From NCBI GenBank assembly GCA_031270735.1, contig JAISWU010000034.1:1-59788 (forward strand): DNA of 59,788 bases, in the 5' to 3' direction. Below, one piece after another: positions 1-8,528 of the stretch (its first letter is position 1; each line of letters starts with the position of its first letter). The DNA is from Holosporales bacterium. GTDB taxonomy: Bacteria; Pseudomonadota; Alphaproteobacteria; RUG11792. The translations under genes and the position numbers were made by a program. The notes below the pieces were generated by a model. The model did not search any database. It was not told where the DNA came from and worked only from the letters and a program-made list of their open reading frames with translations.

Positions 1-86
1 TGAGTGGCGGTTAAGTCCTCTGCAAAGCACAAAAAAATTTTGTTCCTCTTTTGGGGGCTCAACCGGTTGAATTTCCTCATCTTCAT
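1..86 (-). CDS. 5' fragment of an outward-reading gene with a transposase-like N-terminus (MKMRKFNRLSPQKRNKIFLCFAEDLTAT...), truncated by the window edge
   Basis: ATG at 86 lies 6 nt after GGAAGGAG (minus strand). The frame is open for 28 codons to the window edge, and the copy at 59705-59788 encodes the identical peptide. The 'F-A-x-DLTAT' helix-turn-helix-like motif resembles IS1595-type transposase N-termini, from memory only. Confidence 0.45.
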   Translation of the reverse strand, partial: MKMRKFNRLSPQKRNKIFLCFAEDLTAT

Positions 87-119
87 AGCATACTCCTTCC
101 GAGATGCTAGTCAAGAGCC
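1..119 (-). mobile_element. Inward-facing terminus of an IS-like repeat, left copy (continues past the window start)
   Basis: nt 3-119 are the reverse complement of 59672-59788 (117 nt, one mismatch at 36/59755). The homology stops sharply at 119|120. It carries the SD and ATG of an outward-reading ORF. Confidence 0.6.
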
Positions 120-332
120 CTCTAGTGTAACACTCATACGATGGTTACGTCAACTCTTCATTTGTTAAGTGGATTGATGGCGCTTGTTTGAGAAGGGGCT
201 ATGTATGCTAGACTGCCCCCTCAGGAACCCGTTCTCCTAATTTCAGCAAGATTGTCGATCTGAAAATAGAACGCATGGGAGAAGCGAAACGGGCCCACAG
301 CGATGATGTGTCACAGATCCCAACTTACTCAC

Positions 333-713
333 TCAGGCCTCATCTGTACTTGATACAACCGCTTCAACCAATTCGACTATCTTGGCCTTGATTCTTTCAT
401 TTTTCACGGATCTCAAAATACTCAACAGTTTAGCCTCGGCATCACTGTTGGCAACAGTATCATCGCTACTTTCGCTCAGCATTAATCCGCTGAAAAAGTA
501 GCTAGGGTTGGTACGCAGGTATGAGCAGATTTTTAAGAGCATTTGAACAGAGAGTTTAGAACGCCCACTTTCATATTTCTGAATTTGTTGGAATGTGCAC
601 CCTACGGCTTCCGCAAGCTGCCTCTGCGTTATTTTAAGCCCTCTCCTTTTCTCCCTCACTAGGGAGCCGATGTTACATTTTTCAGATGCGGTATATTTAA
701 CCATACGTTCCAA
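333..713 (-). CDS. XRE-family helix-turn-helix transcriptional regulator
   Basis: The 126-aa ORF has the HTH_3 signature 'ITQRQLAEAVGCTFQQIQKYESGRSKLSVQMLLKICSYL'. The longest ORF starts at TTG 713; an ATG at 704 is an alternative start. Confidence 0.8.
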   Translation of the reverse strand: MERMVKYTASEKCNIGSLVREKRRGLKITQRQLAEAVGCTFQQIQKYESGRSKLSVQMLLKICSYLRTNPSYFFSGLMLSESSDDTVANSDAEAKLLSILRSVKNERIKAKIVELVEAVVSSTDEA

Positions 714-733
714 ACGTACCTTACCCTAATTAC

Positions 734-762
734 AGTCTAAGCTTATTGAATGCATTTTGCAA
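734..762 (-). promoter_or_regulatory. Candidate sigma70-type promoter of the XRE regulator gene
   Basis: Minus strand reads TTGCAA (762-757), a 17-nt spacer, then TAGACT (739-734), about 20-30 nt upstream of the start codon. Confidence 0.3.
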
Positions 763-957
763 ATAATATATCCTAAATATAGGTCGGCAGCGCTCACATT
801 AACGAAACATAATTATTGATAATAAACACATGATTATTTGAATTCTAATACGCTCCCCACCCACCACCTTACCAAAACACCATTTCCCTTTGGAACGAAA
901 AAACCTAACCACAATTTACGAAACGTATTGTCAAGGCCTATAGAGCGGTAGCGTGCC

Positions 958-989
958 TTGACAACTAGAGTGGAGTAAATTGTTATAAT
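958..989 (+). promoter_or_regulatory. Orphan promoter-like element (TTGACA-N20-TGtTATAAT) with no downstream plus-strand ORF
   Basis: TTGACA at 958-963 and an extended -10 TGtTATAAT at 981-989. The 20-nt spacer is long, but an extended -10 can compensate for that. Confidence 0.3.
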
Positions 990-1176
990 TGAGTTAGTCC
1001 AAAGGGGAGTGAGTGTTGGAATCGAAATCACCGCTAGGTGATTCACCGATTAGAGATGTGTAACATCTCTGGCATCTGGCTCTGAACGGATATGTGAGGA
1101 ATCCAGCTTTCAACCAAGTGATGAGCCAAACATTTTAAAGCATGAAAGCGCCTGGCTCACCTCCCGAGTTACATAT

Positions 1177-2055
1177 CTACTCATCCGCAGAATCAGCCTC
1201 TCCGGCCTCAGCTGGTTCAGGCTCTTCAATCTCAGGAGCCTTGACTTCAGGCGCTGGTGGAACAGCTGGTACTTCACCACCTGAGACTACCGAGTCATGC
1301 AACTCTTTCGTTTTTTGAACGATTGCATTAAACACAGCCTTCTCATCATCGTTGTCGAGAGCATCCGCATTTATCACCTTTATGGCCTCATCTACCGCAC
1401 CGGCTCCAGCTGTCGGATCCTTACTCAGCTTCTTAGTTGCGATGGCTATGTTCGCCATCTGATTTCCCCCCTTGCCGAGTTGCTTGAGGAATTCCTCCGC
1501 TTCCTCAGCATCATCATCAGCTTCCCACTCCTCAATTGGCTTACCATTCAAGACTGCTTGCAGAGCTTCCAGCATCGTTGCCAGTTTAATATCGTTTGGA
1601 TTATCTGTCTTGAGTGCGAGATACCTTTTGAGCATCTCGTTGATAGCCGTTTGTGGGAGGATACCAGCTACAGCTGCTGGTGACATCGCGATGAGTCGTA
1701 GTATGCCGAAGGGAAGAGTAGCAACATCAGCATCATGCGTATCAGCCTCAACTGCATCTGCTTGCTCGGCTCTCCTCAGCAGTTCCTCTTCTGCCTCTTG
1801 CGGGGTTACTCCGTTGACAGTTTCTCCCCCGTCACGTATCAGCGCGAGTATCTCATAATGCAAGGTCTCCTTACTAACCGTACGCTTCTTAGGTTTCTCT
1901 GCCTTCTCAGCTGCTTCTTCACGCTCGCCGCCCTCACCCTTTCCTCCACGGAAAAATCTGCCAATCTCCTCCGGGCAGTACTTCCAAAGTAGGAATGCAC
2001 CACCGATAACTACTATCGCTGATAAGTAGATCACATTACGTTTCGCCACGATCAC
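1177..2055 (-). CDS. Hypothetical membrane-anchored, highly acidic protein
   Basis: The 292-aa ORF has an N-terminal hydrophobic helix (VIYLSAIVVIGGAFLLW). The rest is rich in E, D and A, with a PAPEVKAPEIEEPEPAEAGEADSADE tail. I recognised no domain. Confidence 0.6.
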   Translation of the reverse strand: MIVAKRNVIYLSAIVVIGGAFLLWKYCPEEIGRFFRGGKGEGGEREEAAEKAEKPKKRTVSKETLHYEILALIRDGGETVNGVTPQEAEEELLRRAEQADAVEADTHDADVATLPFGILRLIAMSPAAVAGILPQTAINEMLKRYLALKTDNPNDIKLATMLEALQAVLNGKPIEEWEADDDAEEAEEFLKQLGKGGNQMANIAIATKKLSKDPTAGAGAVDEAIKVINADALDNDDEKAVFNAIVQKTKELHDSVVSGGEVPAVPPAPEVKAPEIEEPEPAEAGEADSADE

Positions 2056-2105
2056 CTTCTCTTAAAATTGCGTACCCCGCTGCCATCAACATTATTGCCT
2101 AAAAG

Positions 2106-2121
2106 TTAAAATTTAGTTAAC
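2106..2121. promoter_or_regulatory. CtrA-box-like motif TTAA-N7-TTAAC
   Basis: The sequence is TTAAAATTTAGTTAAC. It lies in the divergent intergenic region between the acidic-protein gene and the cckA-like kinase gene. Confidence 0.35.
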
Positions 2122-2281
2122 ACTTTTCATATTTTTTGCATTTTTTGCTAAGGCATGAATCCTAAAAAAATTTGCCACGCGAGCTCCCAGGCATCCCCTT
2201 GATTTGTATAGGCAACTGCTGCGATTAACTATAGAATATATGACGTAGGAAATGCTGGGTCTTTCAAGATAGTGGGTTAAT

Positions 2282-4690
2282 GTGTGGAGAGCTGTCGCTT
2301 CGTTTTTACAGGCTATCTCCGAGCTTGGATCTAGCTGCGAGTCCTATAAGTTTCACATCCTACTGATAGCCATCATTGTCGCCCTCGTGCTGGGCTTCGT
2401 AGCAATGTATCGCAAGATGCGCAGAAGGGTGCGTGCGGCAGAGTACTACCTTGATGTAGTGAGGATAGTATCAAGGTCGCTCGCTAAGACGCACAGAATT
2501 GTTGCATTCAACGAGGCATGGCATGTTATTTATACGACGCACCCAAGCATGTACACGACCAAAAAGGAGTTCTTGCAAGATGTCCTTGGCAGCGTTACAG
2601 CATCCGTTGAGTTCAAGAATTTTTGCAGATTCTTCGAGGCAAGGAGACCAGTAAGTGCGTTGCTCTCCGGATCCGGATCCGGTCTCCAAAATCAGTTTAA
2701 GCGATGGGTCGCAACGAATGACATTGTTGAAGCAGAGGAGTCTCTCGTCGATGAAAATGTATCAGTCGTCACCATGAGCGACATCTCCAAGTACATGGAC
2801 GATGGTGAAAGGACTGCTCACAGGTGTGAGCGACTCGAGGACTTTATAGATAGGTTGCCGTTCGGAATATTTTATCTCGGGAATTCAGGGAAGATTATCG
2901 GGGCAAACACCACCTTCGCAAACATGATCAACTCCACCAAAGATAGAATCATGGACACCATGATCAGTGACTTTATAGACGGAATTGACGATGTGTCCGA
3001 GCTGACGAATAAAGTTCACGTGACCGTCAAGCCTAGGTTCTCAAGAAGGTTTCCTGCAGTAGCAGAAAGAGCCGTGGCGTTCTCCGGATATAAGCCATGG
3101 ATCGTCTACAAGGTTACAGATCAGGAACGTAGTAGCGATCAGGATGCCGAAGGATTCCTCGCACAGAGCTCATTCACCAGCGCGAACGTACCATCCGTTA
3201 TAGTGGATGCTGAAGGTGTAATTCAGGCGATGAATCCAGCCTTTGCGACAGTGGTACAGGACAAAGTTACCGTCGATAAGAGCAAGACAATTGGGCATGG
3301 CGCTAACATCGCAAACTTTATGAGTTGTGGAAACCAAGGGGATACCTTAGAGCATTGTGTCCGGAAAGCTTCCCAGTCTCCCGAGAAGTTTTCCTCCATA
3401 GAGGTCAGGCTGCGTGGTAGCAACATCATAGCAATGGGCTACATTAGCCAGATGCCACCAGAAAGTAGTAACAAGCCGAAGCTCTTGCTGATTCAATTCA
3501 TCGATATCTCCGGACAGAAGACACTGGAGCAGCGGCTCGTACAATCCCAGAAGATGCAGGCCATAGGCCAACTTGCAGGTGGTATCGCCCATGACTTTAA
3601 CAACCTACTAACAGCAATGATCGGGTTTTGTGATCTGCTGCTACAGAGGTATACCTCGAAGGATCCGTCATACGGAGATGTTATCCAAATTAAGCAGAAT
3701 GCTACCAGAGCAGCGAATCTGGTTAGGCAGCTATTGGCGTTCTCCAAACAGCAAACTCTGAAGCCGCGCGTCGTATCTATAACAGAGCTCCTGCTCGACT
3801 TATCGTCTCTGCTGAAGCGACTACTAGGGCCAAACATAGAATTTAAAGTCATGCACGGCAGAGATCTCTGGAACGTGAAGTTGGATAACGTCCAGTTCGA
3901 ACACGTGATCATTAACCTGGCTGTCAACGCCAGAGATGCCATGAAGGATGGTGGCAAGCTCACTATTCAAACGAGGAATCACTTCGCAGATAAGAGCTTT
4001 AAGTGTGTATATGACACAGCCCCACCAGGGGATTACGTACTGATCGAGATTATCGATACTGGATGCGGTATCGCTCCAGAGATGGTTGAGAACATCTTCG
4101 AGCCATTCTTCTCGAGAAGTGGGAACGATTCGCAGAAGAAGCTTGGGACGGGAACCGGCCTTGGGTTATCGACGGTCTACGGAATAGTCAACCAAACAAA
4201 TGGATTCATTGCCGTAGAGAGCGAGGTAGGAAAGGGAGCAAACTTCAAGATATACATCCCGAGGTATACTGGCGATGAGCAAATCCATGCCGGAAGTACA
4301 CCTATCTCTCCGAGGGATTTGAGCGGATCCGAGACGGTTCTGATAGTCGAGGATGAAGACTCTGTGAGGATGTTTTCCGCGAGAACTTTGCGTGAGAAGG
4401 GATACAAAGTCCTTGAAGCATCATGTGGAGATGAAGCTATCAAGATTGCGCAGTCCAACGATTTCGACCTTCTGGTAACCGATGTTGTAATGCCGAAGAT
4501 GGACGGCCCGACCCTGTGCAGAGCCATCAAGGACATGGGGAAAAACGTAAAGACGATCTTCATATCAGGGTACTCAGAGGATACATTCCGGAAGGATGTT
4601 GGGAAAAATCCAATGATCCACTTCCTCCAAAAACCGTTCACATTGCAGGGACTCGCCGGTAAGGTGAAGGAGGTCCTTAGCAAGTGTTAA
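2282..4690 (+). CDS. cckA: Hybrid sensor histidine kinase/response regulator, CckA-like
   Basis: The 802-aa ORF has an N-terminal TM helix and the H-box 'GGIAHDFNNLLTAMIGF'. It has the ATPase boxes 'NLAVNARDAM', 'IDTGCGI' and 'GTGTGLGLSTVYG', and a C-terminal receiver 'VLIVEDEDSV...DLLVTDVVMPKMDG'. Confidence 0.75.
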   Translation: MWRAVASFLQAISELGSSCESYKFHILLIAIIVALVLGFVAMYRKMRRRVRAAEYYLDVVRIVSRSLAKTHRIVAFNEAWHVIYTTHPSMYTTKKEFLQDVLGSVTASVEFKNFCRFFEARRPVSALLSGSGSGLQNQFKRWVATNDIVEAEESLVDENVSVVTMSDISKYMDDGERTAHRCERLEDFIDRLPFGIFYLGNSGKIIGANTTFANMINSTKDRIMDTMISDFIDGIDDVSELTNKVHVTVKPRFSRRFPAVAERAVAFSGYKPWIVYKVTDQERSSDQDAEGFLAQSSFTSANVPSVIVDAEGVIQAMNPAFATVVQDKVTVDKSKTIGHGANIANFMSCGNQGDTLEHCVRKASQSPEKFSSIEVRLRGSNIIAMGYISQMPPESSNKPKLLLIQFIDISGQKTLEQRLVQSQKMQAIGQLAGGIAHDFNNLLTAMIGFCDLLLQRYTSKDPSYGDVIQIKQNATRAANLVRQLLAFSKQQTLKPRVVSITELLLDLSSLLKRLLGPNIEFKVMHGRDLWNVKLDNVQFEHVIINLAVNARDAMKDGGKLTIQTRNHFADKSFKCVYDTAPPGDYVLIEIIDTGCGIAPEMVENIFEPFFSRSGNDSQKKLGTGTGLGLSTVYGIVNQTNGFIAVESEVGKGANFKIYIPRYTGDEQIHAGSTPISPRDLSGSETVLIVEDEDSVRMFSARTLREKGYKVLEASCGDEAIKIAQSNDFDLLVTDVVMPKMDGPTLCRAIKDMGKNVKTIFISGYSEDTFRKDVGKNPMIHFLQKPFTLQGLAGKVKEVLSKC

Positions 4691-5046
4691 GGACAGCGTT
4701 CACCAGTGTGGATAATGGAATAGAATTCTACGTGCACCTAACACCAGGCGCTAAGCACGAAGGCATACATGAGCTCATTATTGAAAACAAACAGATGCCG
4801 TTACTGACGGAAAACAAACCACCGCAGGGAGCCCACAACGTCATGTTCAAAGTCTCCGTCCATGCGAAGCCCACCGATAACCAAGCTAACCTTGCGCTCA
4901 TCAAACTCATAGCAGAACAGTTCAAGACAGCCAAATCAAACGTCTCGATAGCGAGCGGTGAGAAGTCCAGGAGGAAGTGCATACGTATAAGCAACTACAG
5001 CCTTGACGATATCCCCCCAAGCATCGTGTCGCTTACTCTTCTGTGA
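4684..5046 (+). CDS. DUF167 (YggU/UPF0235) family protein
   Basis: The 120-aa ORF has '[10 protein letters not shown]...[24 protein letters not shown]...[16 protein letters not shown]', typical of the YggU family. Its GTG start overlaps the cckA stop. Confidence 0.65.
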   Translation: MLRTAFTSVDNGIEFYVHLTPGAKHEGIHELIIENKQMPLLTENKPPQGAHNVMFKVSVHAKPTDNQANLALIKLIAEQFKTAKSNVSIASGEKSRRKCIRISNYSLDDIPPSIVSLTLL

Positions 5047-5401
5047 GGCGCTTCCGCTCGGCGATCCTGGCGCTCTTACCAGTCCTGCCACGCAGGTAGT
5101 AGAGCTTCGCCCTGCGCACTCGCCCATGTCTCGTGACTTCGACATTGATATTCGGAGAATACGTGTGGAACAGCCTTTCGACCCCCTCCCCATTTGTAAT
5201 CTTCCTAACCTTAAACGACGATCCCATGCCGCGGTTCTGCTTTGCAATTACGACACCCTCAAACGACTGCATCCTCTCCTTCGCACCATCTCTGACCTTC
5301 ACCATGACCTTCACCGAGTCACCAGGTCTAAATTTCTTAACAGGCCGACTGGACACCAGTCGATCAATGTTCTCCCTATCGATCTGATCTATCAAATTCA
5401 T
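5033..5401 (-). CDS. rplS: 50S ribosomal protein L19
   Basis: The translation '[13 protein letters not shown]...[17 protein letters not shown]...[18 protein letters not shown]' has L19 hallmarks. Confidence 0.95.
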   Translation of the reverse strand: MNLIDQIDRENIDRLVSSRPVKKFRPGDSVKVMVKVRDGAKERMQSFEGVVIAKQNRGMGSSFKVRKITNGEGVERLFHTYSPNINVEVTRHGRVRRAKLYYLRGRTGKSARIAERKRLTEE

Positions 5402-5437
5402 ATGCGTCGACTCAAACCTTCCATATCGATACCATTC

Positions 5438-6148
5438 CTACGCGTCCCCACTGTACCTCAACCACAAATCCGGCCGAGCGCTACGTGTCACAAACTTCGC
5501 CTGCTCCAACTGCCACTCGTTAATTGCCTTGTGGTTCCCAGACAACAGGACAGACGGTACCTCAACACCATTCCAAACTGCCGGTTTAGTATACTGCGGA
5601 TGCTCGAGTAGATCAACTGCGAAACTTTCATGCTGCGTGGACTCGTGATTATTCATGATGCCATCCATGAAGCGCAGGCATGAATCCATAACGACCATGG
5701 CGGGTATCTCGCCTCCAAACAACACGTAATCACCGATGCTGATTTCCAGCATGCCATGTGTTGCTTTCCAGTGATCGATCACCCTCTGGTCTACCCCCTC
5801 GTAACGTCCACACAGAATGATCACGCCATCGCGTGGCTTCTCCATTATCTCCAGCGCTACCTTGTTCGTAAATGCGCGCCCACGCGGCGTCATGAACAGA
5901 ACCTTGGGAATACCTTCGTACTGCGATAGCGCGTCGGTCAGTGCACGGTGCACGACATCTGGCTTCATAAGCATGCCAGCTCCACCACCATATGGAGAAT
6001 CATCAACCGTATGGTGTTTGTCATCCGCAAAATCCCTGATGTTAACAGTCCTCAAATTCCACAGTTTCCCAAGGCTCTTGCCGCAGAGGCTGTGGGCCAA
6101 CGGCCCAGGAAACATCTCTGGGAAAATAGTCACGACCGTAACAAGCAT
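5438..6148 (-). CDS. trmD: tRNA (guanine37-N1)-methyltransferase
   Basis: 'VVTIFPEMFPG', 'DDSPYGGGAGMLMKPD', 'ILCGRYEGVDQRV' and 'EISIGDYVLFGGE' match TrmD. It sits upstream of rplS, as in the classic operon. Confidence 0.95.
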   Translation of the reverse strand: MLVTVVTIFPEMFPGPLAHSLCGKSLGKLWNLRTVNIRDFADDKHHTVDDSPYGGGAGMLMKPDVVHRALTDALSQYEGIPKVLFMTPRGRAFTNKVALEIMEKPRDGVIILCGRYEGVDQRVIDHWKATHGMLEISIGDYVLFGGEIPAMVVMDSCLRFMDGIMNNHESTQHESFAVDLLEHPQYTKPAVWNGVEVPSVLLSGNHKAINEWQLEQAKFVTRSARPDLWLRYSGDA

Positions 6149-6151
6149 CTG

Positions 6152-7039
6152 CTACCAGGCCATGAGCATGTCTTTGGGATTAAAGCTTAGTGTGATGTCC
6201 TTCCACTCGTTGTACTTCTCCTTCGGTAGAGGGAGCTTATTACATTCGTCATCCATCACCGCCCTAATAGCACTCTCAGCTGCGATCTTAAAATCGGAAT
6301 CGCTATCCATCCTCTTCTTATCAACGACCGTGGCCTTTGTTATCCTACCTTCAGAAGAGAGTTCCATCTCGATATCGACCACCAGGTCCTCCGCGTTCTT
6401 CAGTCCTGCTGGGAAGTGCCAGCACTTTCTAATTGTCTGGCGAATGAGGTCGATCTGAGTAGCAGTCAGTGCTTCACCAATTTCTTCAGCATTGAGGCCG
6501 GCATTCTCATGAGCGCCATCTGCCATCGCTCCGTCTAGCAGGCTATCCAGGGCTTTCTTAGCGGCCTTCGGATCGTGATTGCTGAGCTTCTTCTTGGGCT
6601 GTAAGTTAACGACTGCCTTGTCATTCGTCTTAGATGATTTGCTCTTATCGGGCTTTCCCTCAGCTTTTGGTTTTGGTTTCTGCTGAGGCTTCTTGGGTTT
6701 ATCGAGGGCAACGGCTTTGTCGTTCTTCTGGCTCTTATCTAGAGGAGTATCCTCCTTCTTCGTTTCTTGCTTTGCCTGCGCCTGTTCCTTTGGTGCTTCC
6801 TCCACATTGTTGGCAAACGTTTCCTCTTTCTCGGAAGATTGGGATTTCGTTTTGCTAATCCTGCTGTTGGTACTGGAGAGCACAGGGGCCTTACTCTTCG
6901 GTCCGATCTCTACGAAGTCAAAGACGGCATGTCCAGAGTCTTTTATCTTCGGTGAAAACATATCCCCAAAGTTAATGTATGCCAGTGCGATAACGAGCCC
7001 ATGAATCACTAATGATACTATGAGCGGAACGTTGCGCAT
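6152..7039 (-). CDS. tolA: TolA/TonB-like energy-transducing protein
   Basis: It has an N-terminal TM helix, a long K/P/E-rich linker and a C-terminal TolA/TonB-like domain. It lies immediately downstream of tolQ-tolR. Confidence 0.6.
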   Translation of the reverse strand: MRNVPLIVSLVIHGLVIALAYINFGDMFSPKIKDSGHAVFDFVEIGPKSKAPVLSSTNSRISKTKSQSSEKEETFANNVEEAPKEQAQAKQETKKEDTPLDKSQKNDKAVALDKPKKPQQKPKPKAEGKPDKSKSSKTNDKAVVNLQPKKKLSNHDPKAAKKALDSLLDGAMADGAHENAGLNAEEIGEALTATQIDLIRQTIRKCWHFPAGLKNAEDLVVDIEMELSSEGRITKATVVDKKRMDSDSDFKIAAESAIRAVMDDECNKLPLPKEKYNEWKDITLSFNPKDMLMAW

Positions 7040-7590
7040 TATCTCCTCTTTATAACCTTCTTGGCGCTACGCTTGACAGCCTTACTCGGTTGCTTAGGTT
7101 GAGGAGGGTTAGAAGGTGCTGTGACAGCAGGTGAACTTGGTGGTATGGGCTCTACGTGCTTTTCGATTCTATCATCATTCGCCGTAGCTGCCTCTGCTAC
7201 AAGAGATACCTTACACACGCCGAGTGAAGAGATGGCTCCCATGATTCTCATGATCTCCCCGTACGGTAAATCCTTGTCTCCCCTTACGTACACCGTATCA
7301 CTCTTCCGCTCCTGCAGCATAGCGGGGAGCTCGCGTCCTAACCCCTCGATCGTAGTGCCCGCATCATCTACATAAACGTTCGACTCCTTATCGATTGACA
7401 CGATGATAGGTTTGGACTGTGAATCATCGAGTGTAGCCGCCTTCGTCTTTGGCAAATCAACGCGTACTCCCACGTTCAGCATCGGCGCTGTAATCATGAA
7501 AATTATGATCAGTACTAGCATCACCTCGACGAGAGGAGCTATGTTGATATAGGTGTTGTGATGTTCTACCCTGCGGCGCCTATTGTTCAT
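7039..7590 (-). CDS. tolR: Biopolymer transport protein TolR/ExbD
   Basis: 'INIAPLVEVMLVLIIIFMITAP' followed by 'VDLP', plus 'VYVRGDKDLPYGEIMRIMGAI', are ExbD/TolR family motifs. Confidence 0.85.
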   Translation of the reverse strand: MNNRRRRVEHHNTYINIAPLVEVMLVLIIIFMITAPMLNVGVRVDLPKTKAATLDDSQSKPIIVSIDKESNVYVDDAGTTIEGLGRELPAMLQERKSDTVYVRGDKDLPYGEIMRIMGAISSLGVCKVSLVAEAATANDDRIEKHVEPIPPSSPAVTAPSNPPQPKQPSKAVKRSAKKVIKRR

Positions 7591-8377
7591 CGCACTGCCT
7601 CGATATCACCGAATTAAATTCCTCGGCGAAGGTCTCCAATCTGTTGACATATCTGTTGATGTCGTTCATGAGTTTATTATAGGCCACGGCCGCCGGGATG
7701 GCAGCTACGATGCCTATCGCAGTGGTGAACAGAGCCTCTGATATTACAGGCGCAACCGTTGCGAGGGTGGCGCTCTGCTGTACCGCTATCGCTTTGAGAC
7801 CATTCAGGATTCCGAGCACAGTTCCGAACAATCCCATGATGACTCCGTTCGTACCGAGAGATGATAGGAAACCCATATGCTTCTCAAGCTCATCCACTTC
7901 CTTCCGGATGGCTATCTGCATTGCTCTGTCGACCCTTCTCTCCATAGTCCTGACGTTCTCAAAGTCCTTGGTGTTCTTACCAACGAAGCTCTTCCACTCT
8001 GCCATGGCAGCACAGAAGATATTTGACATTGGATCAAACACAGCATCTTTGAGCTCTTGGTACATAGACTCCAACGGGGTACCAGACCAGAAGTTGTCCT
8101 CGAAGTAGTCGGCATCAGCCGCAAGCTTCTTCATCTTCATATGCTTTCCTATGATGATGGTCCAAGACCAAACGGACGAAACGATGAGTAATATGACTAC
8201 GCACTTGATGATAAATCCGGCATTCCAGAACATCGAGAAAGCTGATGATTCTTGAACTACCGGCGCCGCAACAACATTGGTCGCTATATCGGGATTCGCC
8301 ACGCCACCAATCACATCAGAGGTAATCCCAGGTAACTGAGAGCTTTCCATGGTAACACTAAAAAGTATAAAGGACAC
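7580..8377 (-). CDS. tolQ: Tol-Pal system protein TolQ (MotA/TolQ/ExbB channel family)
   Basis: It has three TM segments and 'LGTNGVIMGLFGTVLGILNG' and 'ISEALFTTAIGIVAAIPAAVAYN'. The start is uncertain (GTG 8377 or ATG 8350). Confidence 0.85.
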   Translation of the reverse strand: MSFILFSVTMESSQLPGITSDVIGGVANPDIATNVVAAPVVQESSAFSMFWNAGFIIKCVVILLIVSSVWSWTIIIGKHMKMKKLAADADYFEDNFWSGTPLESMYQELKDAVFDPMSNIFCAAMAEWKSFVGKNTKDFENVRTMERRVDRAMQIAIRKEVDELEKHMGFLSSLGTNGVIMGLFGTVLGILNGLKAIAVQQSATLATVAPVISEALFTTAIGIVAAIPAAVAYNKLMNDINRYVNRLETFAEEFNSVISRQCDEQ

Positions 8378-8483
8378 AGATTACATCATTGTACATCAAT
8401 TATCGGCTTTGCCAAAGCTCAAGAATTAACAATCCGATCCTGATGATGCGTTGGCAATTTCATGCAAGAAGTTGTGGTAGATG

Positions 8484-8514
8484 TTGACAAAAGATTGCTG
8501 TGAGTGTGTAGAAT
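8484..8514 (+). promoter_or_regulatory. Candidate promoter for the 8529 gene
   Basis: TTGACA at 8484-8489 and TAGAAT at 8509-8514. The 19-nt spacer is suboptimal. Confidence 0.25.
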
Positions 8515-8528
8515 AGCAGGACAACCGT

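Noticed and set aside
834-1046. A 70-aa minus-strand ORF upstream of the XRE gene, considered as a possible toxin partner in a toxin-antitoxin pair.
   Set aside because: It has no SD and no RelE, HigB or other toxin-like motifs. Its composition is odd (rich in W, L and T), and it lies 120 nt from the XRE start with the candidate XRE promoter in between.
4707-4715. A perfect DnaA-box 9-mer, TGTGGATAA.
   Set aside because: It is a single copy inside a coding sequence, with no cluster of boxes and no adjacent AT-rich unwinding element. This is consistent with chance and is not evidence for an origin.
6560-6900. Repetitive-looking K/P/E-rich DNA in the tolA-like gene, considered as a possible tandem repeat array.
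   Set aside because: It is only low-complexity coding sequence for the extended TolA linker. No exact nucleotide repeat unit could be defined.
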